A program made the translations under genes and the position numbers. A DNA stretch of 64,000 bases from an uncultured delta proteobacterium (GTDB taxonomy: Bacteria; Myxococcota_A; Polyangia; Haliangiales; Haliangiaceae): assembly GCA_963848295.1 (NCBI GenBank), contig CAWKDB010000010.1:3360001-3424000 (forward strand), written 5' to 3'. Under the pieces are notes generated by a model. That model saw nothing but the letters and a program-made list of their open reading frames with translations. It was not told the origin of the DNA and ran no database searches. Positions within the stretch are counted from its first letter, which is position 1, and the number at the start of each line of letters is the position of its first letter. Shown here piece after piece: positions 28,802-39,345 of the stretch.

Positions 28802-29673
28802 TCGAGCACCGACAGGAACACCTTCGACTGCTCGAGTTGCCTGCGTGTGCGGTCGCACAGGTCTTCGAGCTGCTTGCCGGTAAACCCGTTGTCCGCGAGC
28901 ATCGGCGCGAGCTCGTGGTCGCCGTCCTCGCAGCCATCGGAGGTGCCGAACGTCGTCGCGCACAGCTGCGACACGTAGTCCGAGCACGCGACGATCTCGG
29001 TGATCGAGCGCAGCGGGTGGGTGAGCCGATTTCGGACCTCGGGCTTGTGGATCGTGTGATGGCGCTCGATCGGCGTCGCGAGCGTGACCGGGAACCGCCA
29101 ATGCTTCGCGAGCAGCGAGCCGACCCGATCGTGCGAAGGCAGGTCGTGGCGCGCCTCGGCTTCGTGCATGCCGATGCCCTCGGATTTCATCGTGGCGTGC
29201 GCCGCGGCGAGTCGTTCGGGCTCGAGCTTCGCGAGCGCGATCTTGCCCATGTCGTGCAGCAGCCCCGCGGTGAAGCATGCACCGGGGTCGGCGAGCTTGA
29301 GCTCGTTCGCGAGCTCGCGCGCCGCGGTAGCGACGGTGAGCGAGTGTAGCCAAAGCGCGCGTACGTCGAACCCGCCGCCCGTGTCGAGGACGTCGAGCAC
29401 CGAGATGCTCAGCACGAGCTGATACAGCGTGTTGAACCCCACGAACGGGATCGCGCGGGCGACGTCGGACACGCCGCCGGGAATGCCGAAGTACGGCGAG
29501 TTGACGAGCCGGAGCAGCTTCGCCGAGGTCGCCGGATCGGTGCGCAGGATGTCGGCGACCTGCTGGACCGTGACCTGCTTCGAGTGCACGACCTCGCCGA
29601 TGCGCAATGCGACGATCGGCAGGGTCGGCAAGCTGTCGAGAGCGCGAGCGATACGTTCGGTTTCTTGGCCCAT
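28690..29673 (-). CDS. HDOD domain protein
   Basis: LPTLP...DPATSAKLLRLVNSPYFG, LWLHS, AGLLHDMGK and W.FP. Start trimmed to MGQETER. Confidence 0.92.
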   Translation of the reverse strand: MGQETERIARALDSLPTLPIVALRIGEVVHSKQVTVQQVADILRTDPATSAKLLRLVNSPYFGIPGGVSDVARAIPFVGFNTLYQLVLSISVLDVLDTGGGFDVRALWLHSLTVATAARELANELKLADPGACFTAGLLHDMGKIALAKLEPERLAAAHATMKSEGIGMHEAEARHDLPSHDRVGSLLAKHWRFPVTLATPIERHHTIHKPEVRNRLTHPLRSITEIVACSDYVSQLCATTFGTSDGCEDGDHELAPMLADNGFTGKQLEDLCDRTRRQLEQSKVFLSVLDQSPTVPARASLPVGVSSELVSGNETVKQAPRSASRR

Positions 29674-29948
29674 CACGGTCCTCCGTCGAGTTGCGCGTCG
29701 ACGGCAGCGTCGACGGATTCGATCGCGGCATCGCTGCCGGCATCGAGCGGCCCGCCGTCGCTCGCGTCCACGCCGGCATCGGGGACGCCGAGGTCGTTGC
29801 GCTCGTGGCAGCTGCCGTCGTTCCAGCACACGTCCCCGTCGTCGCAGTCGCTGTTGCGCGCGCAGGCCGCTTGGCCGCAGCCGGCGACGCCGAGCGCCCA
29901 GCACAGCTCGATGACGAGGAGCGCGATCGTGCGCGGCTCAAGGCGCAT
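29673..29948 (-). CDS. Small Cys-rich putative lipoprotein
   Basis: Lipobox VAGC; CARNSDCDDGDVCWNDGSC; acidic DAG repeats; overlaps both neighbours. Confidence 0.65.
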   Translation of the reverse strand: MRLEPRTIALLVIELCWALGVAGCGQAACARNSDCDDGDVCWNDGSCHERNDLGVPDAGVDASDGGPLDAGSDAAIESVDAAVDAQLDGGP

Positions 29949-30435
29949 CGAACACCATGCTCATGACGAGCTGCGCCTGCATCACGGTATGGCCCGACGG
30001 CAGGTCGTCGCCCGCGAAGTACGCGGTGACCTCGGCCGAGCCGCAGCCCTGCATGTTCGCGGCGACGCGCTTGCACGTCCCGGCGCTCACGACCCCGCCC
30101 CACAGCGTGTAGGGCTTGAAGATGCGCACGCCTCCGCCGGCGAGCCGGACCTTACCGACGAGCAGGCGCACGCCGGCGACCGCGCCGACGCTGCTGCGAT
30201 CGAGCGTCTCGATCAACATGCCGCCGTAACCGTAGACCAGCGGGTCCTCGTTGAACGCGACCGAAGCGGTGCCCGAGAACGTCAGCGGCGAGCTGCGTGT
30301 CGATGGCATGCCATCGCCACCGCCGACCGAGATGCCGTAACCGAGCCGGAGCTCGGCCTCCCACAGCGATTCGGCGTGCGCGCTCGAAGCGAGCCCCGCC
30401 ATCAGGAGAACTCCGAGCGTCAGAGCGAGTCGCAC
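29938..30435 (-). CDS. Small secreted, probable outer-membrane beta-barrel protein
   Basis: Signal peptide (AHA-E), alternating beta-strand pattern, Phe near the C-terminus. Confidence 0.6.
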   Translation of the reverse strand: MRLALTLGVLLMAGLASSAHAESLWEAELRLGYGISVGGGDGMPSTRSSPLTFSGTASVAFNEDPLVYGYGGMLIETLDRSSVGAVAGVRLLVGKVRLAGGGVRIFKPYTLWGGVVSAGTCKRVAANMQGCGSAEVTAYFAGDDLPSGHTVMQAQLVMSMVFDAP

Positions 30436-30447
30436 GCAGCTCGTAAA

Positions 30448-30463
30448 GGCAAGCGGCGTGCCG
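30448..30463 (-). promoter_or_regulatory. Putative sigma54 promoter of the OMP-lipoprotein-HDOD operon
   Basis: Minus strand cGGCACGccgcTTGCc, near-consensus, 13 nt before the GTG start. Confidence 0.8.
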
Positions 30464-30489
30464 CGGCGGAGCGCAGCGGTTCTAGCGAG

Positions 30490-31278
30490 TTACTGGTGCA
30501 GCTCCTTCACGAGCGCGCCAGAATTGGCGACGCGCACCAAGATCGACAGCCGGCGGTTCTGCGGCGCCATCGGATCGGTCTTGACGTACAGCTGTGACGA
30601 CCCGCGCGCGAATACACCGGCGATCTGCGCGCCAGGTACGCCGGCTCCCTCGAACACCTCGCGCGCTTTGGCGGCGCGCTGATACGAGAGGTCCCAGTTC
30701 GATAACTTCGCGCCCGCTGCAAACGGCCGCGCATCGGTGTGGCCGTTGATCTCGAGCGGCGCCTTCGTCGCGGCGAGCATCGGCGCGAGCGCGCGCAAGA
30801 AGCGTTCGAGCGGTTCCTTGAGCTTGGCCGACGACACGTCGAACAGCAGGCCCTTGCCATCGTCGACCGCTTCGATCAACACGCCATCGGAGGTGACCTC
30901 GACGTGGACGTTGCGAATGACGTCGGCGAGCTCGGCGTCGACTGCGGCGAGGCGCGCGAGCGAGTCCTTGAGCTCGTGCGAGATCGTGTCCATCGACTCT
31001 TGCCCGGGCGGCGGCGGGGTCGGTGCCTCTTCGATCACCGACGGCGTGACCTGCGCAGCCTTGTTCATCGCGAGATCGCCGGTCGGCAAGATGCCGGTGC
31101 GGAAGTACTCCGAGATCTCTTTGCGGCTCGCCGCGTCGGTCGACGCGAGCAGCCACATCACCATGAACAACGCCATCATCGCGGTGACGAAGTCGGCATA
31201 CGCGACCTTCCACGCTCCGCCGTGGTGACCGTGGCCACCGTCGACCTTCTTGATGACTCTGCGCCGCGCGGCTTCCAT
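30490..31278 (-). CDS. motB: Stator protein MotB
   Basis: HHGGAWKVAYADFVTAMMALF with the conserved Asp; OmpA-like GHTD, NWDLSYQRA and NRR. Confidence 0.95.
   Translation of the reverse strand: MEAARRRVIKKVDGGHGHHGGAWKVAYADFVTAMMALFMVMWLLASTDAASRKEISEYFRTGILPTGDLAMNKAAQVTPSVIEEAPTPPPPGQESMDTISHELKDSLARLAAVDAELADVIRNVHVEVTSDGVLIEAVDDGKGLLFDVSSAKLKEPLERFLRALAPMLAATKAPLEINGHTDARPFAAGAKLSNWDLSYQRAAKAREVFEGAGVPGAQIAGVFARGSSQLYVKTDPMAPQNRRLSILVRVANSGALVKELHQ
30516..30529. promoter_or_regulatory. Candidate enhancer site inside the motB 3' end
   Basis: CGCCA-gaat-TGGCG palindrome, 53 nt upstream of the -24 GG. Confidence 0.5.
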
Positions 31279-31279
31279 C

Positions 31280-32134
31280 TCAGCTGCCCTTGATCGATTG
31301 CAGGGCCTTGTCGACGTCGGCGAAGCTCGGCCGCTCGTCGCTGAAGATCTGCTTGCGGCCGAACTCGACCGCGGTCGGCGGCGCGACGCCACGCGCCGAC
31401 GCGATCACCGCAGCCTTGATCACTTGCAGGAAGCGCAGCTGGTGCACCTCCTGCGTCTCGGCGTTGTTCGCGAGCGGCGACAGCACGCCGTAGCACATCA
31501 GGATGCCGAGGAACGTCCCGACGAGCGCGGCCGCGACATGGTGGCCGATCTCGGCCGGCGGCGCATCCATGTGTCCCATCGTCACGATGATGCCGAGCAC
31601 GGCGGCGACGATGCCGATGCCGGGCAGCGCGTCACCGACGGTCTTGACCAGGCCGGTCGCGAGATGGCCCTCGGCCTTGAGCGTGTCGATCTCGGCGTCG
31701 AGCAATGACTCGAGATCGTCCGGAGAGATGCCGTTGACGATCTGTTGCAGCGCCTCGGCGAGATACGTCCGGGCATGGTGTTGCTTCGCGACGCCGGGGT
31801 ACTTCTTGAAGATGTCGGACTTCGCGGGCTCGTTGACGTGTGCCTCGAGCGCGAGCACGCCTTGCCGGCGCGCGAGCATGAACAGCTCGTACTGACACTT
31901 GAGCAGATCGAGGTAATCGGCCTTCTTCGGGATCGCATCCTTCATCGCAGTCTTGAACGCGGCGATCACGCGCTTCTTCATCATGCCGGGCGAGCTCGTG
32001 ATCAACGTGCCGACCGCCGCCCCGAGGATGACGACGAACTCCGACGGCTGGAGCAGCACGCCGAAGTGGCCGCCGGCCATCGTGAAGCCGCCCGCGACGG
32101 CACCGAATACGAGCAGGACTCCAAGCATGTTCAC
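31280..32134 (-). CDS. motA: Stator protein MotA
   Basis: QPSEFVVILGAA.G, GDALPGIGIVAAVLG, AALVGTFLGI and AVEFGRK. Confidence 0.95.
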   Translation of the reverse strand: MNMLGVLLVFGAVAGGFTMAGGHFGVLLQPSEFVVILGAAVGTLITSSPGMMKKRVIAAFKTAMKDAIPKKADYLDLLKCQYELFMLARRQGVLALEAHVNEPAKSDIFKKYPGVAKQHHARTYLAEALQQIVNGISPDDLESLLDAEIDTLKAEGHLATGLVKTVGDALPGIGIVAAVLGIIVTMGHMDAPPAEIGHHVAAALVGTFLGILMCYGVLSPLANNAETQEVHQLRFLQVIKAAVIASARGVAPPTAVEFGRKQIFSDERPSFADVDKALQSIKGS

Positions 32135-32139
32135 TGCAC

Positions 32140-32166
32140 GAATCGACCAGCGCGAGAGCGAGTACA
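32140..32166 (-). promoter_or_regulatory. Weak candidate sigma28 promoter of motAB
   Basis: TGTA-N15-GTCGATTC. The -10 is nearly identical to that before flgM; the -35 is poor. Confidence 0.35.
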
Positions 32167-32301
32167 GGTGCGGCCTGTCCTACACGGACGGATTGCCCCG
32201 AGGTTGTCGAGCGAAGCGGCTCGATTGACTCCTCGCCGTCATGTTTGCCGGCACACGGAAATCGGACCGGGCAAACCGCGTGGAATCGCTCGGCGCCCAG
32301 A

Positions 32302-32317
32302 TGGCATCCGGGCTGCA
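32302..32317 (+). promoter_or_regulatory. Putative sigma54 promoter of the Ser/Thr kinase gene
   Basis: TGGCATccgggctGCA, 13 nt before ATG 32330. Confidence 0.68.
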
Positions 32318-32329
32318 CATGTCGCCGGC

Positions 32330-33250
32330 ATGATGGAAGCGACCGCGCGGATCGGCAGTTTCAACAACGACGTGGCTGTCCTGCCACGCCGCGATCGCGA
32401 TCCGTCGACACGCCTCGGCGATTACACGGTGCTCGCGCAGCTGTCGCGCGGGGGTATGTGCCGCGTCTACCTCGCGGAACATCTGACGACCGGTGAGCGC
32501 GTCGCCCTCAAGATCCTCGACCCCCAGTTCGCGCGCAGCAAAGAGATCGTCGACCAGCTGTTCGCCGAGCGCGAGGTTTCCGAGCGCGTGCGTCATCCCG
32601 GCCTGCTCGATGTCCGTACCGCGTGCTCGGGCGGCGATTTTCCGTACGTCGTCATGGAATATCTCGACGGCGAGAACCTCGGCGAGCTCGCCGAGAAGGG
32701 CGAGCTCGAGTTCGGCGCGATCGCCGCGGTCGGCTCGCAGATCGCTGCTGCGATCGCCGCGCTCCATAGCGCGAACGTCATCCACTGCGACATCAAGCCG
32801 AGCAACGTGTTCGTGCTCTATCAACAAGGCCCGGGCGGCTGGCCGCGCGTCAAGGTCATCGACTACGGCATCGCGCGCTGCCTCGACACGCCGAAGCTCG
32901 AAGAGGGCACGATCGCGGGCACGCCGTCGTACATGGCACCGGAGCAATGGCAAGGCACGGTCAGCGTGAAGACCGACGTCTACTCCCTCGGCTGCCTGCT
33001 CTACGAGCTCGCGATCGGCGCGCCGCCGTTCGTCGGGCCGCTGCCGATGTTGATGGTCGCGCACACCGAGCAGCGCCCGGAGCGGCCGTCGTGGCTGCGC
33101 AAGAACATGCCGGTCGAGCTCGAGCGCGCGATCCTCGGTGCCCTGGCGAAAGACCCCGCGATGCGGCCGACGATGCTCGACCTCGCGCACACGCTCGCCG
33201 CGATCGCCGATGCGACGCTGCACGCCGAAGCCGAGCGCGCCGTCGGCTGA
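32330..33250 (+). CDS. Hanks-type Ser/Thr protein kinase (cytoplasmic, kinase domain only)
   Basis: RGGM..VY, VALK, HCDIKPSN, DYG, GTPSYMAPE and DVYSLG. Confidence 0.93.
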   Translation: MMEATARIGSFNNDVAVLPRRDRDPSTRLGDYTVLAQLSRGGMCRVYLAEHLTTGERVALKILDPQFARSKEIVDQLFAEREVSERVRHPGLLDVRTACSGGDFPYVVMEYLDGENLGELAEKGELEFGAIAAVGSQIAAAIAALHSANVIHCDIKPSNVFVLYQQGPGGWPRVKVIDYGIARCLDTPKLEEGTIAGTPSYMAPEQWQGTVSVKTDVYSLGCLLYELAIGAPPFVGPLPMLMVAHTEQRPERPSWLRKNMPVELERAILGALAKDPAMRPTMLDLAHTLAAIADATLHAEAERAVG

Positions 33251-33288
33251 GGTACCCGCCGATCGGCGGTCGGTGGTAAGACCGCCGG

Positions 33289-35347
<2,059 letters not shown>

Positions 35348-35486
35348 GGCGCTACCGTCGCGCCGCGCGCCGACCCGAACAACTGGGAGTTTCGCCTCCG
35401 CTGCAACCTAGAGGTGGCAGCCTCACCCGCCATGTATGGATATCGCGTCCCGCGTCGCCGGACGCGACGCGATCGATGCGGCTCGG

Positions 35487-36338
35487 TCAGGCCGGCAGCC
35501 CGGTCCACTCGGCGCTGCGCGACCACAGGCTGCTCTGCAGCTCGACATCGTCGGCGAGCTTCGACGGCTTCTTCTCGCGCCCGTCGTCGGTGTAGTAGCG
35601 CCCGGTCTCGGTCGCGAGCTCCGGATCGGTCGCGCACCGCAAGCTCGAGCGCGCGCCTTGCTCGGTCGTCACCATGAACAACTTCATCAGCCAGCGAAAC
35701 GGTTGCGGCACGCGGCGCCACACATCGCTCGCGACGACGCCGGGGTGCACGGCATAGGTCGTGACGCCGCTGCCGTCGAGCCGGCGCGCGAGCTCTTTCG
35801 TGAACAGCACGTTCGCGAGCTTCGACACTTCGTACTCGCGCAGGCCGCTCACGCTCTTCGTCGGCGCGCGTTGGGCGTCCCAGTTGATGCCCTTGGCCGC
35901 GTAATGCGAAGCGCTCGATACGTTGACGATGCGCGCATGACCGCTGTCTTTGATCCGATCGAGCAACAGGCGCGTGAACAGGTAGTGGCCGAGGTGGTTC
36001 GTGCCGAACGTCAGCTCGAAGCCATCCTTGGTCAACCCGCGCTTGCCGGCGAGGCCGGCGTTGTTGATCAGGCCGTGGATCGGAAGCTTGCGCGCGAGCA
36101 GCTCCTCGGCGCAGCGCCGCACCGATCCGAGGTCGCCGAGGTCGAGCTCGACCAGCTCGACGTTGTCGTTGCCGGTCTCGGCCTTGATCTCGGCGATCAC
36201 CGGCTCGGTCTTGCTGCGCGAGCGGCACGCGAGGATCACGTGCGCACCGCGGCGCGCGAGCTCCTGCGCGGTGATCTTGCCGATGCCGGTGTTCGCGCCG
36301 GTGACGACGAAAGTCTTGGATTCGAGGTCGCGAGTCAT
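35487..36338 (-). CDS. Short-chain dehydrogenase/reductase (retinol dehydrogenase-like)
   Basis: TGANTGIG, LINNAG, NHLGH, YEVSK and VHPG. Confidence 0.93.
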   Translation of the reverse strand: MTRDLESKTFVVTGANTGIGKITAQELARRGAHVILACRSRSKTEPVIAEIKAETGNDNVELVELDLGDLGSVRRCAEELLARKLPIHGLINNAGLAGKRGLTKDGFELTFGTNHLGHYLFTRLLLDRIKDSGHARIVNVSSASHYAAKGINWDAQRAPTKSVSGLREYEVSKLANVLFTKELARRLDGSGVTTYAVHPGVVASDVWRRVPQPFRWLMKLFMVTTEQGARSSLRCATDPELATETGRYYTDDGREKKPSKLADDVELQSSLWSRSAEWTGLPA

Positions 36339-36475
36339 CGCGCGGCAACATGGGGTGCAAACCGGTATCGTCAATGGGTGATCGCGATACGTGAGCTGGC
36401 TCGCGGGTCTTACCCCGTGTTACGAACCCGATCCGCGTGCGAGGTTGGCTCGTACGCGCATCGGAGGAATCGAGC

Positions 36476-36946
36476 ATGCGTATTCGTTTCATGTCGTTAG
36501 CCGCGATCGCGGCGCTTAGCTTCACCGCTTGTCACGGCAAGAAGGCCGACACTGCGACCGCTGGAGATAATTCCGCCAGCACCAAGTCGCTCTACGATCG
36601 GCTAGGCGGCACGCCCGCGATCACCGCCGTCGTCGACGATTTCGTCGCGAACGTCGCGGCCGATGCGCGGATCAACGCGTACTTCGCCAATGCCGACATC
36701 CCGCACCTCAAGCAGATGCTCGTGCTGCAGATCTCCGAGGCCGGTGGCTGCACGACGCCCGAATGCAAGTACACGGGCAAGGACATGAAGACCGCCCACA
36801 AAGGCATGAAGATCAAAGACGCCGACTTCGATGCGCTGGTCGACGATCTCAAGAAGTCGCTCGACAAGTTCAAGGTGCCGGCGAAGGAGCAGGGAGATCT
36901 GCTCGGCGCGCTCGGGCCGATGAAGCCCGACATCGTCGGCCAGTAG
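36476..36946 (+). CDS. Group I truncated haemoglobin with lipoprotein signal
   Basis: GGAGG RBS; lipobox FTAC; SLYDRLGG..AI.AVVDDF, D.RI...F and YTGKDMKTAHKGMKI...DFDA. Confidence 0.9.
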   Translation: MRIRFMSLAAIAALSFTACHGKKADTATAGDNSASTKSLYDRLGGTPAITAVVDDFVANVAADARINAYFANADIPHLKQMLVLQISEAGGCTTPECKYTGKDMKTAHKGMKIKDADFDALVDDLKKSLDKFKVPAKEQGDLLGALGPMKPDIVGQ

Positions 36947-37039
36947 CGGCTTGCCCGCCTCCGCGATTGACACGGACCGCCCGATCGGGCGACATCGTGC
37001 GCGGAGGCACTGCACGACGAAGCAGACGAACTGACGCCA

Positions 37040-37206
37040 ATCTCGACGGACGCAGGGAAGCCGACGGCGCTACTCAGGTAGCCCCAGACGGCACAGCCCC
37101 CGCTACTGTGAACCGAGGACGACGCAGCACGGCGAAAGCCAGCCACTGGGCAACTGGGAAGGCGCTGCTAGGACGAATCGGAAGTCAGGACACCTCGCCG
37201 TCGCGA
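37040..37206 (+). ncRNA. Cobalamin riboswitch
   Basis: AGGGAA (37054), CCCCCGCTACTGTG (37097), GCCACTGGG..CTGGGAAGGC (37142) and B12-box AAGTCAGGACACCT (37182); upstream of a TonB-dependent receptor. Confidence 0.85.
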
Positions 37207-37261
37207 CCTCGGGATGGAGGATGCGCGTCTGCGCCGTCATCCCGCGTTACGTGGGGTGACG

Positions 37262-39343
37262 ATGACTCGAATCGCTTTCATACTCGCGCTCGCTCCGGCG
37301 ATCGCGGCGGCGGACCCGACCGGCGATGTGCCGGCGGCGGGGTCCGGCGAGACGATCGTCATCGAGGGCCACGCGCCGGATCACGCGACCGCGCGGGATC
37401 GCGGGCGCGCACTCGACGAGGCGCCGTTCGTCACAGTCGTTCACCCCGACGAGCATCCCGCGACCGCCTCGGTCGCCGATGCGCTCGGTCAGACGGTCGG
37501 CGTGCAGACCCGCAGCCTCGGGGGGCTCGGCGCGTACGAGTCGATCTCGGTGCGCGGTGCCGCGCCGGGCCACACCGAAGTGCTCGTCGACGGCATCCCG
37601 CTCGCGCGCCTCGCGCAGGTGACGACCGACCTCGGCCAGTACTCCCTCGATGCGTTCGGTCGGGTCGATCTCTATCGCGGCGCGGTCCCGGTCGAGCTCG
37701 GCGGTGCGGGCGTCGGTGGCGCGCTGAACCTGGTCACGCTGCTCGGCCCGAATGCGCGCGGCGACACGGTGCAAGCCTCCGCCGGCATCGGCTCGTACGG
37801 CGCGCGCCACGTCCGCGTTCACTACGGCGATACGCACGCGGACGGCCGCGTGGTGTCGTCGACGACGCTCGGTTACTCCGGCGCGACCGGTGACTTCACG
37901 TACTTCGACAACGGCGGCACGCCGCTGAACCTCGACGACGACACGACGCAGACCCGCCACAACAACGGCTTCGATCAAGTCGACGGCGCGAGTCGCCTCG
38001 GCGCGACCGATGGCAGCGCCTCGGGAGGAATTCGCGCCGCGTACAAACACCAGGGCCTCGCGGGGAGCGTCGCTGCGCCAGCGACCGACGCTTCGCTGTC
38101 GACCGTCGACGTGATCGGCGATGCGCGTGCGCGCCACCGGATCACCGAGTGCATCACCGAACGCGAGCTCGGGTACCTGCTCGTCGAAACGCAACGGCTG
38201 CGCGATCCGCTCGGCGAGCTCGGCCTCGGCACGCAAGAGCGCGCGTATCTCACGCTGTCGGGTGGCGCCTCGTCGGCATGGACCGCGCCGGTCGCCGGCG
38301 AGAAAGCGAGCTGGGGCGTCGAGCTACGCGGCGATCACTTTCGCGACCGCGATGTCAGCGGCGTCCAACCGTCGGTCACCGGCGCGCGCGAAGCGGGCGC
38401 GGCGATGGCGAGCGTCGCTGTCGCGCTCGGGCGCGAGCTCGTCGTCACGCCCGCGATCCGGCTCGAGCTCGTGCACACCGCGCCGGCGCCGACCGAGGTC
38501 GGGCCCGATGCGATGATGCCGGTGCCATCGCGTTGGGACACGCTGCCCAGTCCGCGGTTGACCGCGCGCTACCTCGTCGCGCGCGACGTCTCGATCAAAG
38601 GCAGCGGCGGCTGGTACTCGCGGTTGCCGACGCTGGTCGAGCTGTTCGGCGATCGCGGCTATATCCTCGGCTCGCCGGACCTGCGGCCGGAGCACGGGCC
38701 CACCGCCGAGCTCGGCGCGGTGTGGGCGCCGGCGGCCGCGATCGGGGCGGTCGATCGCGTGCTGGTCGAGGTCGACGGCTTCATCAACAAGCCCCACGAC
38801 ACGATCGCGTTCATCACGAGTGCGGGCTATGTCGCGCGCGCCGAGAACATCGGCGATACGCAGAGCGCCGGCGCCGAGCTCGTCGCATCGGCGCGACTGT
38901 GGAAGCTGGTGTCGGTGACCGCGAGCTACACGCAGCTCGAGACCGAACAGCTCACGACCGACGTCAACTACGACGGCAAGGCATTGCCGCGCGAGCCCGA
39001 GCACACGTTGTACGCGCGGCTCGACGTCACGCCTCGACTCGCCGGTCGCGCGATCGATGGCTGGGCCGACGCCAGCGCGCAATCGACTAGCTTTCTCGAC
39101 AAGGCAAACCTGGGTCGCGTGCCCGGTCGCGTGCTGTTCGGCGCTGGCCTGCGCGTCGAGCTCGTCGCGCGGGTCGCGGTCGCAGCCTCGGTCTCGAACC
39201 TCGCCGACACCCGCATCGCGCAACTCCCTCTCGATCCGCCACCGAGCCCCACGTTCACGTCGACGCCGACCGCACTCGCGGATGTCGCCGGCTTTCCCTT
39301 ACCCGGGCGCAGCTTCTACGCGTCCATCGAATGGAGCCACTGA
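37262..39343 (+). CDS. TonB-dependent receptor, probable cobalamin transporter (BtuB-like)
   Basis: Plug motif SISVRG...VLVDGIP; RLPTLVELFG; LRPE; C-terminal PLPGRSFYASIEW; riboswitch upstream. Confidence 0.88.
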   Translation: MTRIAFILALAPAIAAADPTGDVPAAGSGETIVIEGHAPDHATARDRGRALDEAPFVTVVHPDEHPATASVADALGQTVGVQTRSLGGLGAYESISVRGAAPGHTEVLVDGIPLARLAQVTTDLGQYSLDAFGRVDLYRGAVPVELGGAGVGGALNLVTLLGPNARGDTVQASAGIGSYGARHVRVHYGDTHADGRVVSSTTLGYSGATGDFTYFDNGGTPLNLDDDTTQTRHNNGFDQVDGASRLGATDGSASGGIRAAYKHQGLAGSVAAPATDASLSTVDVIGDARARHRITECITERELGYLLVETQRLRDPLGELGLGTQERAYLTLSGGASSAWTAPVAGEKASWGVELRGDHFRDRDVSGVQPSVTGAREAGAAMASVAVALGRELVVTPAIRLELVHTAPAPTEVGPDAMMPVPSRWDTLPSPRLTARYLVARDVSIKGSGGWYSRLPTLVELFGDRGYILGSPDLRPEHGPTAELGAVWAPAAAIGAVDRVLVEVDGFINKPHDTIAFITSAGYVARAENIGDTQSAGAELVASARLWKLVSVTASYTQLETEQLTTDVNYDGKALPREPEHTLYARLDVTPRLAGRAIDGWADASAQSTSFLDKANLGRVPGRVLFGAGLRVELVARVAVAASVSNLADTRIAQLPLDPPPSPTFTSTPTALADVAGFPLPGRSFYASIEWSH

Positions 39344-39345
39344 CT

